Source: Pelomyxa schiedti (lineage: Eukaryota > Protista > Evosea). From it: 64,000 bases of DNA. Position 1 is the first letter of the stretch. Every line of letters begins with the position of its first letter. The notes under the pieces are model-generated. The model was not told the origin of the DNA, did no database searches, and was given only the letters and a program-made list of their open reading frames with translations. Of this stretch, positions 59,751 to 64,000 are shown in pieces. The translations under genes and the position numbers were made by a program. The stretch covers positions 14,026 through 78,025 of the forward strand of contig JAHLWZ010000199.1 in the NCBI GenBank assembly GCA_020536535.1, given 5' to 3'.

Positions 59751-60070
59751 TCACAAAAATTCTTCCAAACATCTTCTCTGTCCACCACCTCTATCAATAA
59801 AATAAGCATTCACAAACCAAGTTCCACAACCTTTCCAAAAAGAACACACGCGTCTGAGGACAACAATTGTGTTCAAATCTCTGGGAACGATCACCCACTT
59901 GTTGATCACTTGTTCTACGACAAAGGCGTGCACCTGCTGCATCTCGACGTTCGTTTCAAATCGGAAAAGCCAGAATCAGCGGTTTTAAGTATCTAGAGGG
60001 TTCCTTGATTCTGTGGAAATCACGGAGCCCGGAGACAGCCTCGACGTTTCTTCCCACATCGCTATCATCA
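59751..60070 (-). pseudogene. Possible degenerate F-box-like fragment
   Basis: VVEQVINKWVIVPRDLNTIVVLRRVCSFWK resembles an F-box end; upstream frames are broken by stops. Confidence 0.2.
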
Positions 60071-60135
60071 CTACCAAATCAAATAAGTAGTCGGAGACTG
60101 CGGTGGATAAAAAACCGTAGCAGGACTGAACGGAA

Positions 60136-60799
60136 ATGAGAAGCAAAAAGTGTTGCTCGGAGTTGGATGAGTGCGCACGCCAAAAAAATTGGGCAGTCAC
60201 TTCCACATTTATAACTGGTTTTATCTTGAGCACTGCTCTGTTTCTTTGGATGAGCGTCCCGCATATAATAGAAGCCAATACACTGGTGAAAGAGAAGTGC
60301 ATGGTCTACAATGCGCAGGTGGCTTCTCAGTATATTACGTCTAGGTGTGATGGCCACAGTGATTCAGGGTGCTGTGCATACCAGTGCTCGTGTGCAGTCG
60401 GCACCGTGCGTATTTCTTAACGGTTCATTGCATTCTAACTTGGCCGAAACACAGATCACTGGCAGCCAGATACAGGCACAGGAAATTATTATCTCCAGGC
60501 CGGTTGTGTCTGTGGACTACCCGGAGTGTGGAATTCCTGAAGAACTGTGTGGTCCAAGTGGGTGCAGCAGTCCTTTGGCCGGGTTGGAAGTCGACGATAC
60601 CTGGGACTGCTGGGTGAGCACGGATGACTTGATATACATGAACAACGGGAAACCCTCTGGTCTGTGGTTTTTGATGGCTGCTGGAATTATGATGGGTGTC
60701 GGGTTACTCCTCGTTGTAGGTTGTTCAATATATACACTGATAGTTACCTTCATGCCAAAGAAGTATCTACCAAGGCCGATACCAGAAGCGGAGCTGTAA
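60136..60799 (+). CDS. Small two-TM protein with Cys-rich loop (paralogue of 53289-54100), one inferred intron
   Basis: TM1 TFITGFILSTALFLWMSV, then GCCAYQCSC..CGIPEELC..CSS..DTWDCWV, then TM2 LWFLMAAGIMMGVGLLLVVG. Confidence 0.65.
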
Positions 60800-60997
60800 A
60801 CAGCGTGCTTGGTGATACAAGGTGATACACTCATTGTTGTGGGGCACCAATCAACACATGTACATTCTAGCCAAATTGAGGTGTCCAGATTCGTAATTAG
60901 GGCTTTTTTTCCACAATTTTTACGGAGAGTGCCACACCCACACTTTCTTTCTGCACAGCACCACGACCACACCACTCTTGGTTCAATTGTGTTTTAG

Positions 60998-63708
60998 ATG
61001 GACACTGAGTCCTCACCCCCTCAGCAAAACATTCAGACCTCTGAACAAAATTTGATTGCCGACACAGCAACAAACACCCACGGGGAGGGACAACAAAACC
61101 ACGCAACAGCAGACTCAGTATCTACTTCCTCCTCAGGTGCTTGTGGTGATGTGACAACACAACTCACCGTGGCGCCAACTGAACCCATAATTTGTTCAAA
61201 AGAGGAGGGAGGAGAGAAATGCGTGGAAATGGCAGCAATCATCACGTCTCCGTCGACGTCGAGTGCAGTTCTTGAGTCTTTGGATCCTGGCTCTGTGCGC
61301 GACACCCAAGCTCAATCCGTCTCATTGACAATTGGTTCAACGAACGGTGATAGTTCAGCTGCAGTTGCTTCTGACTTGAATTCTGATTATTCTTGTGGCT
61401 GTGGGAAGAACCTTACTTGTTGCCATTGCTCTTCATGTGGATGTTGGGACTCAGTGTGTCTTTTCATGTTTGGGTGTTCGTGGACGCGCGGAGTGAGTAG
61501 TGAACTTGGCGCAGTGTGGAAGATGGCGTGGCCTGTGTGCTTGGGGTACGCCTTGCAGATGATTTTGACTGTTGTGAACCTCATATTTATTGGGAGGATC
61601 AAAGAGGATAGTAAAACAGAAATGGGTAATTCTCCCTTCACTTCTACTTTTTTTTTTTAATGCTCTCCAACAGCTGCAGCCTCCTTGGCGATAATGATAG
61701 CAAATGTAACAGGATATAGTTTCGGGATAGGGCTATTGAGCGCTATTGATACCCTCGCGTTTGTTCTCTTTTTCCCTCGGGGACTTCCAAATTATGACCG
61801 TACTTTTCTGTGCAGGTCACAGGCGTATGGAGCTGGAAATTTCAAAAAAGTTGGGGATATCCTCCAAAGAGGCTAGCAATACTTCTGTTATTCTTGCCCT
61901 TATTCTTATTCCAAGCTGTTTTGATTGCATGGATTTGTTGCATCCCCATAGCGGGTCTTTGGGGTATTTCGAAATATCTATTGCTACTTATGCAACAAGT
62001 AATTCTTCCTATGTTTTTTTTTTCTTTTTTTTTTAAAAAAAAAAAAATTATATGACAGGACCCAGAGATTTCTGAAATGGCGTCACAATATGTCCAAATA
62101 TTAATCCCCTCGTTATTTCCATATTTTTTGTATGAATCAATAAAGAGAACCCTGCAAGCTCAAGGCATTGTCTTTCCTATGATGGTACCATCCCGTTACT
62201 GTTTGAATTTTTTTTTCATTTATTCCGTAGCTTGTTTCCGGAGTATCAGTTGTTCTTCTTGCACTACTGAACTGGTTTTTTGTCATATACCTGGGACTCG
62301 GTTTGCCAGGTATCATGTAGAATTGTTCATTTTACCCTTTTTGCTTAAGTCTAGTCTCTAGGCTCTGCAGCCTCCCTGACACTTGTGTATTGGGCCATGC
62401 CTTCAATGATAATTCCTTTTATCTTCATAAGGAAATTGCATCTGAAGTGAGCCAACTTGTATCTATTTTCTTTGAAACCATTACAAGGACATGGGGAGGT
62501 CTTTCCCGTGAATGTGTGAAAAATTGGAAAGAATTCCTTTCCCTTGGATTGCCAGGAGTTTTCATGCTCTGTTCCGAGTGGTGGGCATTTGAGCTGTTAG
62601 CCATACTTTCCGGTTGTATTCCTTTCTTCAGAATCAGATGTCTTACCCTGTCTTCATTAATAACAGGGCTGATCGGAACTGTAGAACTCGCTTCAAATAT
62701 GGTTATTATGAACACATTTTCAATTGTCTTTATGGTTGTTCATAATTACTACTCTTGAGAGGTAATGAGTACCGATAGATTCCTCTGGGAATGAGCATTG
62801 TTGGAGGTGCCCGTGTGGGTAATTACCTTGGAGGAAACAATCCAATTCGTGCCAAGTATGCTATGTACCTACCATTCCTCTTATACCTTTTTTTCAAGGA
62901 TGGTTTCCCGTCTTACGATGACAATAACCGTTTTAGCCGCACTCGTTCAAGCGGGTGTACTTTTGGGATCTCATAATGTCTGGGCAAGAATTTACACAAA
63001 CGATGAGGAGGTCATCAAAATGGTATCAGAAGCTTATCAGGTAAGAGACCAATACCCACGCAGGTTGCAGACCTCCTGCTTTTATGTGCCCCAATGTCCT
63101 TATTGGATGGAACCCAAGGCTGCACAAGCGGAATTCTTCGTGGCTGTGGCCGTCAAAAGTATGGAGCATGCATAAACTTGGTATCGTTTTACGTTGTTGG
63201 CATTCCCTTGGCTGCGTCCTTGGCTTTTGCGGCCCACATGGGATTGTGGGGACTCTGGATTGGGGATTGTGTATGTTTCAGTTGCGCCTCTTGCTCTTTG
63301 ACCCTACAAAAGGTTGCACTTCTGGGAATGCCAACAACGTAAAACGATACCAAGTTTATGCATGCTCCATACTTTTGACGGCCACAGCCACGAAGAATTC
63401 CGCTTGTGCAGCCTTGGGATCCATCCAATAAGGACATTGGGGATTGTGTATGTTTCAGTTGCGCCTCTTGCTCTTTGACCCTACAAAAGGTTGCACTTCT
63501 GGGAATGTGTACTTCCGTTGTTCTTATAGTTCTCTTCACGAAGTGGCCACAGCTTGCTGAACAAGTTCATAGAAGAGAGACTGTTGAGAAGCCACATAAC
63601 AAACCAGATGACACCACACAAACACCAACAACCTCAGAATCTGTTCCTGTAGAAGTTGGAGAGGACTCCTCAGCTCGCTTGGTGGAAATGACAACACAGA
63701 GCATTTAA
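60998..63708 (+). CDS. MATE family multidrug/toxin efflux transporter, multi-exon; last exons disturbed by a local duplication-inversion
   Basis: MAWPV..QMILTVVNLIFIGR, GIGLLSAIDTL..SQAYGAGNF, LFPYFLYESIKRTLQAQG, FLSLGLPGVFMLCSEWWAFE, RVGNYLGGNNP, LLDGTQGCTSGILRGCGRQKYGA. Confidence 0.92.
63089..63507. repeat. Local duplication-inversion: 63324-63442 is the reverse complement of 63089-63207; 63259-63330 is directly repeated at 63436-63507
   Basis: Read directly from sequence; 7-nt microhomologies (GGGAATG and ATTGGGG) lie at the two junctions. Confidence 0.9.
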
Positions 63709-64000
63709 GACAAACTTTTTTTTGCATTGTTTTACTGAAGTGTAGGATCGTAAATGAACTTTTTGTACAGGTTCATCCTTTTCAAATATCTCATACTCCC
63801 CAGCTCAACCAAAAAAAGTGTTGTCAGGACTTTGAAATGAGGGTTTGTGTATTTATTTGTGCAAGGTCCTCACATCAGAGAACATTTTTGTTGTGGTTGA
63901 GCTGGTGGTCCATTTTTGTATGTAATGTTGAGGTAAGTTCGAAGGGCTTGCGTAAAGACTGTGTCGCAATTGATTTTATTTCTGCCACTTGTTTCAACAT

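Overview
Gene-dense, intron-rich eukaryotic DNA; most introns I could resolve are GT-AG and about 45-70 nt. The gene content (flagellar CFAP100, DymA-type dynamin, RhoGAP-RasGEF, HSP70 with a TCPAYF motif) suggests a flagellated amoebozoan, possibly an archamoeba such as Pelomyxa; this is inference only. Gene models were rebuilt by eye across introns, so internal exon limits are approximate. Recognisable genes: CAMK-like pseudokinase, CFAP100, SAP30BP/HCNGP, a Crinkler-type NTPase+REase effector, RhoGAP-RasGEF, UTP6, dynamin-related GTPase, CH-domain coiled-coil protein, cytosolic HSP70, a solute-binding-protein/kinase/cyclase/kinase receptor, an intronless Asp-box propeller, a six-hairpin glycosidase and a MATE transporter. 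A ~5 kb inverted segmental duplication (about 4.8-9.5 kb vs 38.9-44.1 kb) shows reciprocal gene decay. The most unusual items are: (1) an F-box fused to a G-protein-beta-type propeller; (2) a possible glycan sensing and degradation neighbourhood at 47-60 kb; (3) a dynamin with a UBZ zinc finger on its own exon; (4) a recurrent HPRCG protein module; (5) a CRN nuclease flanked by RS-rich tails. No rRNA, tRNA, CRISPR array or autonomous transposon was recognised. Some local rearrangements may be amplification or assembly artefacts.
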